Part shown: positions 38,661 through 47,447 of the stretch, in pieces
Layout of the letters: the number at the start of each line of letters is the position of its first letter
How positions within the stretch are numbered: the first letter of the stretch is position 1
Source: a virus
IMG/VR virus record: IMGVR_UViG_3300000970_000006
DNA: 64,000 bases
Strand: one strand, 5' to 3'
Position numbers and translations under genes: made by a program
Notes under the pieces: generated by a model
The model's database searches: none
Told to the model about the DNA's origin: nothing
The model's input: the letters and a program-made list of their open reading frames with translations, nothing else

Positions 38661-39287
38661 CTATTGCAATGGAATAAGTTCTTCAATTATGGTATCGATT
38701 TCTATAACACGTTTTCTGAATTCTATAGCAGCAGTTTGATTATCCCATAATCTTAATTTGACGCCTTCAAGTGGAATGTGACCTGAATACGCCTCATCTA
38801 TAAGCCTAGGCATTTCATTTGCTCTAATTCGAATGTCTAATGGTTTAAAATCAAGTTCAGCTGATTCCCAACGTCCTTGATCTTCCATCATTTTGCCATA
38901 GTTAGGCGAAAGAACAGCTGATATATCACGCTCAATTTGATCTTCCACCTGGTTCATATTTAAATCGCCAATTTTAATATGTTCTTTTACAGGTGTTATA
39001 ATATCACCCAAAACATATTCACCCACGTCGTGTAATAATGATTTACCAGTTAACAAAGCTCCCCACATAGATTCTCTAGGTTCGTAAACATAATCATTAT
39101 CTAAACCATGTTTGAATTTTGAATAATCATATAGAATACATGAATGTTCTGCAACGGAATAGTATAAATCGTCGTCTTTAAATCGACCGTTATAACGGCA
39201 AATATTACCTAAGCTTCTAGATACTCTATCAAGAGACGCGCGTGATACTAAATCACTAATTAAATCTTCTAAACTATTCGTCGACAT
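38661..39287 (-). CDS. HD-domain phosphohydrolase (YfbR-like deoxynucleotidase)
   Basis: CRYNG, YSVAEHS, LLHDVGEYVLGDIITPVK. Confidence 0.85.
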   Translation of the reverse strand: MSTNSLEDLISDLVSRASLDRVSRSLGNICRYNGRFKDDDLYYSVAEHSCILYDYSKFKHGLDNDYVYEPRESMWGALLTGKSLLHDVGEYVLGDIITPVKEHIKIGDLNMNQVEDQIERDISAVLSPNYGKMMEDQGRWESAELDFKPLDIRIRANEMPRLIDEAYSGHIPLEGVKLRLWDNQTAAIEFRKRVIEIDTIIEELIPLQ

Positions 39288-39534
39288 ATGAGTCTTCTCC
39301 TAAGTGTGAAATCATTTGACGTTTGTATTCGCCTTTATTCCATTTATTCATAATACGTTTTTCGGCTTCATCTGAATATTCTTCCGAATGAATTACAACA
39401 ATTCCATAACCGTTAATACTATCTGAAGTTAATTCAATAACTTGTATATTATTCTTATTAATGATAACAGCGGTAGGGCTTTTATCACCGTCTGCGCCAC
39501 CAAATGCTAATATATGAGGCAAACTTTCAATCAT
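39274..39534 (-). CDS. Hypothetical protein
   Basis: 86-aa ORF, coupled to neighbours. Confidence 0.55.
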   Translation of the reverse strand: MIESLPHILAFGGADGDKSPTAVIINKNNIQVIELTSDSINGYGIVVIHSEEYSDEAEKRIMNKWNKGEYKRQMISHLGEDSYVDE

Positions 39535-40370
39535 TATTTTGGTTCCGCGTATATTAATGTATTGATTAAATGAAATATTGATGAACCGTGAAGTTGTGCA
39601 GCTTCTCTACCCTGTGCCAAATATTTTAACACTTCAGCTTTATCTTTTTTTCTAGAGGAAAAGTAAATATTCATAGAGCAAAACCGTGCTAAATTATACG
39701 CGTGTTTATTAATATATTCAAACCATTCTTCTTCGTTAAAATCAAATGATTCTTGCAACACTGTATTTTCATATTTATCAGCATCTTCGGCAAATAATGT
39801 CCCATTATATTGATATTGAAAAACCGACTCGTTAAAATCTTCGCTGGCGAACTGTTCTTTGTATCTAACGATATATCCCTGAACATCATTTGAATTAAAA
39901 TCGCAATAGTAGTCAAATGCAGTTTGTATTTTTTCAATATCAAATTGGCCTTCATATATTACATTAGGCGTTCTAATGTTTAAAAGATTAGCAAATTTTT
40001 GTGTGTCATTCCAAGAAGAATAACACTGGTCAGGACCGTCGATTAACCAGTATAACCAATCGTACGAAAGCATATTATAATACTCAGTACTTTTTTGTTT
40101 TTTGATATTTCTCATTATCAAAGTTTTTCTTTTATCCATAATGTCATCTTGTTTCATGACGTCAACGGCAAAATTATAATATGGCTCGTTCACACAATAT
40201 GGTAAAGTCTTTTTATTTATTCCTGTTTGAGATAATCTATATTCAACTCCATCGTGACTTTCAAATACAACTACTTCTGGTATGCCAAAATCCTTTAAAT
40301 CTAGAGGATCAATTCCATTATCTTCATTATATAATGGCGAATTTGGTAAATGCAAAATATTTGCCGTCAT
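39534..40370 (-). CDS. RNA ligase-like protein, catalytic motif I degenerate
   Basis: HLPNSP...EVVVFESHDG...PNVIYEGQFD...QGYIVRYKEQF layout of ATP-dependent RNA ligases, but KxDG reads ESHDG. Confidence 0.55.
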   Translation of the reverse strand: MTANILHLPNSPLYNEDNGIDPLDLKDFGIPEVVVFESHDGVEYRLSQTGINKKTLPYCVNEPYYNFAVDVMKQDDIMDKRKTLIMRNIKKQKSTEYYNMLSYDWLYWLIDGPDQCYSSWNDTQKFANLLNIRTPNVIYEGQFDIEKIQTAFDYYCDFNSNDVQGYIVRYKEQFASEDFNESVFQYQYNGTLFAEDADKYENTVLQESFDFNEEEWFEYINKHAYNLARFCSMNIYFSSRKKDKAEVLKYLAQGREAAQLHGSSIFHLINTLIYAEPK

Positions 40371-40492
40371 TATTAATTCCTTATCAGCCTTAAGTTTATT
40401 AAAAATTAATATACACTGTAAGGATATCAGTCTAAAACATTATAATAGCCTTATTTGTAATTTAATACATATTCTATAGAAAGGTTTTTATT

Positions 40493-41137
40493 TTGGCAAA
40501 AAAGATAAAATCAGAATTTGAAGAACTCGAAAAGCTTTTGCAGAAAGGCCTCGATAGGCGCAAAATACGCAAACTTGAGAAAGACGCAACTGATTGGTAT
40601 CTTGATAAAGTTGGTATTAAACGAAAAGTAGATAAAAAAACAAAAGCAAAACCTATATCACCTACTGATTTTATCAAAGGTAAGCAAGGTATTAAAGCAG
40701 ACCCTATAGTTGGTCAATTATTTGTTTTTTATTATGATGCAAAACATAAGAAAACTCTCCCCTATTGGGATATGTTTCCAATGACTATGGTTATAGAAAT
40801 GTATGACGATGGGTTTTTAGGATTAAATATTCACTATTTGCCGCCAGTTCTACGAATGAGATTAATGGGTTTGATAATGGGTACTATGAAGGCTCCTAAA
40901 TTATCCAGAGAAGCTAAAGCTAAAATAACATATCAAATAATTAAAAGAACAGCGTCTTTTGCTATTGCTAAACCTGCAATCAAAAGATATTTAACAGGAC
41001 ACATAAAAAGTCGAGTAATACGAGTTAAACCAACTGAATGGCAAAATGCTGCGCTTTTACCGATTGACATGTTCCAAAAAGCCGACCGTAAGAAAGTATG
41101 GGCTGACACGATTAAAGCATTACGCGAAAGTAAATAA
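40493..41137 (+). CDS. 2: gp2 DNA end protector
   Basis: YYDAKHKKTLPYWDMFP, GFLGLNIHYLPP, IKRYLTGHI. Confidence 0.92.
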   Translation: MAKKIKSEFEELEKLLQKGLDRRKIRKLEKDATDWYLDKVGIKRKVDKKTKAKPISPTDFIKGKQGIKADPIVGQLFVFYYDAKHKKTLPYWDMFPMTMVIEMYDDGFLGLNIHYLPPVLRMRLMGLIMGTMKAPKLSREAKAKITYQIIKRTASFAIAKPAIKRYLTGHIKSRVIRVKPTEWQNAALLPIDMFQKADRKKVWADTIKALRESK

Positions 41138-41662
41138 ATGGACACAGATACCCTATTTTCAAATGTAACTTCATTATCTGGTGGTTTCTTTCGACCAAAC
41201 AGATTTATGATGAATATTGTGCCGCCTCAGCCACTCGCTGGTGCGCGTACTGATTTATTACGTGTATCACTAAACTGTAACGCAACTGGAATTCCTGGCC
41301 GCACCATTGCAACTCGTGATGTAGCATTAGGTGGTTCGATGACACGAAAAATTCCACATTCTGGCTTAATGAATGAATTGACAACAACTTTTTATATGTC
41401 AAAAGATTTTTCTGAAAAACATCTTTTTGAGGCGTGGATAGATTTAATATATCGGGCATCAGATGGAATATTAGGTTGGTATAGTGATTACATATCTGAT
41501 ATGCAATTAGATTTACTTAATGACGATATTACGACGCAGGCATACGTATTTAGAGAAGCATATCCTTTGTCAGTTGCCGAAGTTCCTTTATCATATGATG
41601 CTGTTAATCAATCAGGAATGCTAAGTGTTACATGGGCGTATAGAGAATGGGAGACAGTATAA
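41138..41662 (+). CDS. gp54/gp19-like tail tube initiator
   Basis: GGFFRPNRF, CNATGIPG, FEAWIDLI, EAYPLSV, VTWAYREW. Confidence 0.8.
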   Translation: MDTDTLFSNVTSLSGGFFRPNRFMMNIVPPQPLAGARTDLLRVSLNCNATGIPGRTIATRDVALGGSMTRKIPHSGLMNELTTTFYMSKDFSEKHLFEAWIDLIYRASDGILGWYSDYISDMQLDLLNDDITTQAYVFREAYPLSVAEVPLSYDAVNQSGMLSVTWAYREWETV

Positions 41663-42087
41663 TGCAAGATGATGATATTTTTAAAGAGCTAAAAGAGGGT
41701 AAATCTAATACATTACCTGCAGCTGAAAAGAAAACAGAAATTGAAGAATTTGATTCAGGTGAAAAATTAATAGACGACCCTGAAATAAGAGAAGCTGCCG
41801 ATTTAGTTAAAAAGAGTATGCGAATAGGCGTAGGTGCTTTAGAGGGGGCATCAATATTAGCAGATAGTACAGATGACCCTGCTGCTTATAGAGTGATAGC
41901 AAGTATTATGGCTGCGGTTAATGATTCCGCTGTTACAATGGCCAAATTAAAAGGCGGTGATAAAGAAACACCTAAAAAGAAGACAGGCGAAGAAGCTATT
42001 AACGACCCTTCGCCTGTCACCATTGTTTTTGAGGGTAATCCCAAAGAAATACAAAAGAAGTTTACCGACATAGACAATGAAAAATAA
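41662..42087 (+). CDS. 16: gp16-like small terminase subunit
   Basis: ALEGASILADSTDDPAAYRVIASIMAAV...VFEGNPKEIQK resembles gp16 (ALELA.ESDHPRAYEV...FVGSTAELQK). Confidence 0.65.
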   Translation: MQDDDIFKELKEGKSNTLPAAEKKTEIEEFDSGEKLIDDPEIREAADLVKKSMRIGVGALEGASILADSTDDPAAYRVIASIMAAVNDSAVTMAKLKGGDKETPKKKTGEEAINDPSPVTIVFEGNPKEIQKKFTDIDNEK

Positions 42088-42089
42088 AA

Positions 42090-42198
42090 AGCTGCCCGCT
42101 AAACATTGGAGAACTAAAGCGAGCAGCTAGGGTTGTGACTATAAAGGAGTACCAAAATAGTCACGTTTGTCCGGCGACATGAAAAGGAACCGGACAAA
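42090..42198 (-). ncRNA. Three-hairpin 3'-UTR RNA with anti-SD loops; last hairpin doubles as terminator
   Basis: Stems 42166-74/42190-98, 42135-42/42157-64, 42090-100/42118-28; loops contain UUCCUUUU, GUACUCCUUU, UUCUCCAA on minus strand. Confidence 0.6.
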
Positions 42199-42203
42199 TT
42201 AGT

Positions 42204-43775
42204 TTATCGTACAGGAGCACCTACAGTTTTACCGATAGCAATACTGTTATCGTATGTTTTCTCTGCACGATTAGCCTGAGATTCAAGCGTTTCATTCACT
42301 TCACCAATACGTTGAGCGAGAGCGCCGGCAGTACTTGATAGGTGTTGAACATTTGAGCTGACTTGTTCAGAAGCATGCATAATTGCACTCGTATCGCCCG
42401 TTGAATTGTTGACCAATTTCGAGAATACTTGTCCAAATTCTTCTTCGATGCTGATTTCGTCTTTGTCAGCGTTAAGAAGTGCAAGGTGACCCTCCATACC
42501 ATGAGCACAAGTAATCAAATCGCTTGTCTCAATTTTATCACGACCATACATCAATGCTGTACGTTTTGCTCGCTCAACAACTTCACGAATTGTTGCTGGA
42601 ATTTCACCTGCAAGAATTTCGCTAACTTCGTCAAGTTCGGCTTTCGGGTCAAGCATTTCACGACCATACAAAGTAATAAGACGTTGTGCAGCTTCTTTTT
42701 CAGGTGGTTTGATAGAAATAACGCTATCAAGACGTCCTGGGCGCAACATAGCTTTGTCGATTTTTTCAACATAGTTTGTTGTCATCACGGTGATAACTTG
42801 ACTTGATTTTGTGAGAACGCCATCAATTGTGTTAAGAATATCATTACCTGTTTGGTCACGAATTTCAACAACACGGTCAATATCTTCCGCAAACACAACT
42901 GCAGGTTGATAACGCTGAGCAAATTCAAGAGCAGTTTTCAAACCACGCACATCATCAAGAAGAATGTATGTCCAACCATTGTCAACACAAACTTTTGAAG
43001 TAACGTGAGCTGACATTGTTTTACCAGTACCATATTTGCCTTCAAGAAGAACACCAATATTCAAAGGAATTTGGTTTTTGAGACACGCTTCTGTGTGCAT
43101 GATTGGCGCCCACAAAGATGCTTCAACTTGTGACAATTCATTTGGATTCAAAATCAAATCATCTTGTTTGATTTGGTCTGTTTCCAAAAATAGAGGCGGA
43201 CGGTCAAGCTCAAGTTCGCCAGAACGGTCGACAAGAAGGCGAATTGATTTACCCTTATAGATTGAACGTTCTGCCAGAATTTCACGCGTTTTGACGGCCA
43301 AATCGCGAAGGAAACCTTGTTCTTTTTTGCGAACTTTGCCTGTAACAACAAGCATAGGCATGCCGTCTTCGTTACGAGTTTTATGCATTGAAATAGGCTT
43401 TTCAATGTTAGGCAATGTAAAATCACCAAATGGCACAATAATTGCTTCGTGGTCTTTTGGTCCTGTTTTGATTGTTACCAAATCAGGAGCTTGAGGGCCG
43501 AAGAAAGTCATACGGGGTGTTGGTGATGTAATACCATACATTTCAACCATTGCTTTGTTGAATGCGACCATAGCATCTTCAGGATAGCCTTCAAAATCTT
43601 CGCGAATATCCATAATGGTATTTTCGTCGTCGATTTTTCTTTGAATTGCTTCAATGGCTTTCACATATGGCATTTTGCTTGGTTGAGCCGGCAAAGTAAT
43701 TTTCTGGCCAGTGTGCTCAATTTCGGTGTCGATGTTATCCCACTTCGACGGTTTGGCTTTTTCTTTAGTACCCAT
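42204..43775 (-). CDS. AAA+ ATPase with large N-terminal domain
   Basis: LLEGKYGTGKT, VFAEDID, TTNYVEKIDKAMLRPGRLD; AAAGGAG RBS. Confidence 0.9.
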   Translation of the reverse strand: MGTKEKAKPSKWDNIDTEIEHTGQKITLPAQPSKMPYVKAIEAIQRKIDDENTIMDIREDFEGYPEDAMVAFNKAMVEMYGITSPTPRMTFFGPQAPDLVTIKTGPKDHEAIIVPFGDFTLPNIEKPISMHKTRNEDGMPMLVVTGKVRKKEQGFLRDLAVKTREILAERSIYKGKSIRLLVDRSGELELDRPPLFLETDQIKQDDLILNPNELSQVEASLWAPIMHTEACLKNQIPLNIGVLLEGKYGTGKTMSAHVTSKVCVDNGWTYILLDDVRGLKTALEFAQRYQPAVVFAEDIDRVVEIRDQTGNDILNTIDGVLTKSSQVITVMTTNYVEKIDKAMLRPGRLDSVISIKPPEKEAAQRLITLYGREMLDPKAELDEVSEILAGEIPATIREVVERAKRTALMYGRDKIETSDLITCAHGMEGHLALLNADKDEISIEEEFGQVFSKLVNNSTGDTSAIMHASEQVSSNVQHLSSTAGALAQRIGEVNETLESQANRAEKTYDNSIAIGKTVGAPVR

Positions 43776-43935
43776 GTACTAGTACTCCTTTAAGTTTCTT
43801 TTAAATCGAATTATTCGATAAAATGAAAGTATCATATAGTATATTTTAGTGAAAGTGCTTTATGTCTTTTTTTGTTATTTTTTTCTAAAAAATTAGTTTA
43901 GACTGTTTACATTCTATAAGTAAAAATCAAATAAT

Positions 43936-43964
43936 AAAAAAAGGCCGCATAAAGCGGCCTTTTT
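43936..43964 (-). terminator. Terminator after nadV (bidirectional form)
   Basis: aaaaaaaggccgc-ataaa-gcggccttttt. Confidence 0.8.
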
Positions 43965-43977
43965 CGTATGCGTTTTT

Positions 43978-45378
43978 TTATAATTTTGCTCTATCACGAA
44001 CATCGTCAAACGAGTTTTTTCTGAAATAAACCAGCTTTTTCGATACTTCATAAACTTTATTAAACAAATTTACAAACTCATCATTGATAGTTGATTTATT
44101 AACGGTTATCATTTCACCATCTTTTTCTGTAACAGCTAATAATCCTCCTTTACTACGTTTAGTTGGGTCAGTTTTTGGATTTTTGACAACATCTCTCCAT
44201 TCGCCGTTAACGCAGATAGCTGATGCTTTCATAGCAAATCTTTGAGTATCTCTGGTAACGCTTTGAAGTAAACCGCCGCCCATTCCAACTACAACATTTT
44301 CCGCAGAAATGTTGTTTTCCATTAAATATTGAAATAGCATTTGAATTGTGTTTATATTCATACCATCGCCTTGAAGAACACGAATATGAGGCGGTAATAC
44401 TCTATAACCTTTTTCATTTGTTTCTGCACCAAAAATATCCATCAGTTTTTCAATAGTTGTTTTTACAACATCCAATGGCTCTCCAGAGTCTGGGCGAATT
44501 ACAAGTCGACTTCCACTTTCCGCTAATGCTTCGACTTTTTCATATAAATCACCACCGAATATATTTTCGATTGCATTATATAAATCATAAGAATCAGACA
44601 CAATACTAATAATGCCTGGAGCAAAAGTATCAATCATATTCTCATATGCTTCTTTTTCTGAGTCTTCGCCCCAACTTGTAATGGTACTGTGTTCTGCGGC
44701 AGGAACTGAAAAACCGGCTGCTCCATCCATGAATTCATAAAAACGTCTAACTGCAACTTCACCTGCAACCGTATCAGTTCCCATAAAATTAACAAGATGC
44801 GCGGCGCCACCTAATTCTGAAGCTTCACGACTTGTAGCACCGCGAGCTCCAAAATCATGAAGTGCAAATGGTAAAACATCGTCACAATTATCAGATGTAA
44901 CTCTTAAATAATTATGAATGATACTTTTACAAGCTCTTGATAAACTTGCTACAGTTGACCCATACCAAACAGCTCTTAACATTGCAGTTTCTAACCATCC
45001 TACAAGCCATGGAAAACGAGAATCCGTATTAGTTATTTGAACAAGAGGAATTCCTGGTCGTGTAACAGTACCTTCATCTAACGCTTCAATTTTAATCGGT
45101 AAATATCCATTGTAATCATTTAGAATATCTTCCCAACCTTTACGAGGAAAATTAGCAAGACCCATTTGATTAAATGTTTCTTCTGCCTGGTCAATCATAT
45201 CTTGTGTCAATAAAGGAAGATTGCACAACCAATACTGTAATCCAAAAAATACATTTTGTTCAAATTTCGCCCCAACGCGAGGTTCAATATATGAACTAAT
45301 GTATTCAGTTCCTGGAGGATATTGCTGAAAGTGTGAACCTTTGTAAAAATCTGTGTCTTCAATTAAATTATATGTCAT
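43978..45378 (-). CDS. nadV: Nicotinamide phosphoribosyltransferase
   Basis: DTDFYKGSHFQQYP, LHDFGARG, PAAEHSTITSWG, SIVSDSYD, IRPDSG, QGDG. Confidence 0.95.
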   Translation of the reverse strand: MTYNLIEDTDFYKGSHFQQYPPGTEYISSYIEPRVGAKFEQNVFFGLQYWLCNLPLLTQDMIDQAEETFNQMGLANFPRKGWEDILNDYNGYLPIKIEALDEGTVTRPGIPLVQITNTDSRFPWLVGWLETAMLRAVWYGSTVASLSRACKSIIHNYLRVTSDNCDDVLPFALHDFGARGATSREASELGGAAHLVNFMGTDTVAGEVAVRRFYEFMDGAAGFSVPAAEHSTITSWGEDSEKEAYENMIDTFAPGIISIVSDSYDLYNAIENIFGGDLYEKVEALAESGSRLVIRPDSGEPLDVVKTTIEKLMDIFGAETNEKGYRVLPPHIRVLQGDGMNINTIQMLFQYLMENNISAENVVVGMGGGLLQSVTRDTQRFAMKASAICVNGEWRDVVKNPKTDPTKRSKGGLLAVTEKDGEMITVNKSTINDEFVNLFNKVYEVSKKLVYFRKNSFDDVRDRAKL

Positions 45379-45379
45379 G

Positions 45380-45682
45380 TTATTTTCCTACTGTAATGTC
45401 GTTTTCGAAGGCCGAGAGATGTAATTTTGCTTTTTTCTCAGGACCTAAATTTTTGATGTACTCAATGGCTTCTTTAAATCGGATATGCCACATTTCAGAA
45501 TCTCCGTGGTGACAATATCCCTGAGCATTTTTTCGCCAATAACCATGCTCAGTTTCAATATTGACTAATGGATTAATATAATGCCATTTCGCCGTTCTTG
45601 ATGATCTAGTAGTCGGGTATTTTCTCAAATACGCCATTGTTATAAATCGATTGCTTATTGTTTTAGCCACGAATTCCTCCAT
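45380..45682 (-). CDS. Hypothetical protein
   Basis: 100-aa ORF between nadV and natV. Confidence 0.55.
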   Translation of the reverse strand: MEEFVAKTISNRFITMAYLRKYPTTRSSRTAKWHYINPLVNIETEHGYWRKNAQGYCHHGDSEMWHIRFKEAIEYIKNLGPEKKAKLHLSAFENDITVGK

Positions 45683-45726
45683 TAATTAACTCTGCCGTGG
45701 AGCCTTCGATAATTTTATATTCATAT

Positions 45727-46788
45727 TCAGTATTTGCCATTACACGATTCCTTTATTAGTTTTTGAATAATTAAAGCGTGGTCAGCAAACATCATATGTT
45801 GATTTGCCAATACTCTATCTTCGGGAATCCATGTAGCAGAACGAGCGTCGTCAGCGCCTTTAACTGTCCACAATTTTTCAGTAGGAGGTAAATCAAATAA
45901 ATGAGCGTGTGTGACCATTCTACCTCTAGCATCACGATGCGGGTCATCAAATACTTCAACTTTTTTCAAATATCGTTTTAATAATCCTGGAGGAAGAGAG
46001 CCGCGTTCATCGTGAATTTCTGTTTCTTCACCTAATTCACGAATTGCTCCATTAATAATAGATTCGCTTTCTTCCAAATATCCACCTGGAATTGCAAGTA
46101 AACCACGGCCCGGACTTTTGTCTCTGCGAATTAAAAGTAAATGTCCAGACTGACGCACTAACGCATCAACTGCAATAAACATTGGAGGAAAAGGTGAATT
46201 TTTCCATAATTCTTTATACTCATTAATGATTTCAAATTCTTCTTTGACAGACTTAAATTCAGAAGTGTCTTTATACGCCATTAACATATCGCTGACTTCT
46301 GTAGGCATAACTCCGTGGTCAATAGTTCCATACTCAAAAAACTTTTTGCGTATTGGCGTGGCAGACAGACCAGGATAATTTAAATCTAAATTCATTGGCT
46401 GATAATCAGGAAATAGTTTTAAGTAAAAACTACTTTCATCTTTTGAAAAACCAATTATTTTAATGCATGAATGTTGAAATCTGTCTCGTTGAAATTCAAC
46501 ATTTTCTCTGACAGAACGTACCCAATCGTTATCATCTTCAAAATCATTAATAGGAATAATTGTTACGCGTTCTAAAACGCCATTTCCTAAAGTAGATATT
46601 GCCGCACTAAGCATTGCATATCTAAAAGCGTATGGAAAAGATGTTCGGGTATTAATAGACATATTGCTTGAACCAATGCATATTAACAGATTATCAACCT
46701 GTTCTAATGCCTGTTCTATTGCATCTAAATGTCCAAAATGTACGGGGGAGAAACGACCTATGTATAGACCTAGTGACTTATTTGTCAT
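45727..46788 (-). CDS. natV: Bifunctional NMN adenylyltransferase / Nudix ADP-ribose pyrophosphatase (NadM-Nudix, NatV-like)
   Basis: IGRFSPVHFGH, SATPIR, PGGYLEESE...RELGEETE Nudix box, GADDA. Confidence 0.92.
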   Translation of the reverse strand: MTNKSLGLYIGRFSPVHFGHLDAIEQALEQVDNLLICIGSSNMSINTRTSFPYAFRYAMLSAAISTLGNGVLERVTIIPINDFEDDNDWVRSVRENVEFQRDRFQHSCIKIIGFSKDESSFYLKLFPDYQPMNLDLNYPGLSATPIRKKFFEYGTIDHGVMPTEVSDMLMAYKDTSEFKSVKEEFEIINEYKELWKNSPFPPMFIAVDALVRQSGHLLLIRRDKSPGRGLLAIPGGYLEESESIINGAIRELGEETEIHDERGSLPPGLLKRYLKKVEVFDDPHRDARGRMVTHAHLFDLPPTEKLWTVKGADDARSATWIPEDRVLANQHMMFADHALIIQKLIKESCNGKY

Positions 46789-46878
46789 AATTCGTAACCT
46801 CTACGAAAATTTATAATAAGAACGCCTCTTATTATTTCATGATTATATACTAACACAAAAATGTCAGTCATAAAAGTT

Positions 46879-47001
46879 TTGTGATGTTCGGGGAGTCAGT
46901 TTCATGGAGGGGGAGGCTACCCCGAACATCACAAGAGTGTGAATACTCAAACACACTCGGATATTTGCTGAAATCGGGAGGAGGATGAAATCAGCAAATA
47001 T
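46879..47001 (-). ncRNA. Cuckoo-like (alpha-r14/CcsR-type) three-hairpin sRNA
   Basis: 11-bp, 7-bp and 15-bp perfect stems; loops carry CCUCCUCCC (46976-46984) and CCUCCCCCUCC on minus strand; begins 11 nt after terB stop. Confidence 0.7.
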
Positions 47002-47012
47002 TATTTAATGGA

Positions 47013-47447
47013 TTACATATCCATATATGTTTGAAGTTCAAGACCCAATTGTTTTGCAATTTTTTCAAGAACCTTTGTTTCTTCTGCTGAAATATCATTA
47101 TCAGCGTCGGCAACATCAATTGCGCAAAGCAAAATAACTTCAGCAGCACCAGATTTACCAGCAGATTCTTCGATTTCCACATACAAACCCATACGACCTG
47201 AACGACCACCGTTTGCGCGTTTGAACATTGCATCAGATGTTTTTTCAATTTCAGAAGCACTGAACGCGCCGGAAAGATTTGGATTGTTTTGGATTGTTTT
47301 GATAGTTTCCATAACTTCATCATCAGAAATATCACCATCAGCAGCGGCTACAAGAGCAGCGGACGCACATACAGCTTCAAGAAAATCTGTGTTACCAGAA
47401 AATTTGTTCATTGAGCTTTTTAGCATTTCTTGGAATTTCAAGAGCAT
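47013..47447 (-). CDS. terB: TerB-family tellurite-resistance-like protein
   Basis: FLEAVCASAALVAAADGDIS...AIDVADADNDISAEETKVLEKIAKQLGL. Confidence 0.85.
   Translation of the reverse strand: MLLKFQEMLKSSMNKFSGNTDFLEAVCASAALVAAADGDISDDEVMETIKTIQNNPNLSGAFSASEIEKTSDAMFKRANGGRSGRMGLYVEIEESAGKSGAAEVILLCAIDVADADNDISAEETKVLEKIAKQLGLELQTYMDM

Noticed and set aside
38661-39287. DatZ / Z-genome (2-aminoadenine) pathway
   Set aside because: HD domain alone is not diagnostic; no PurZ in the window
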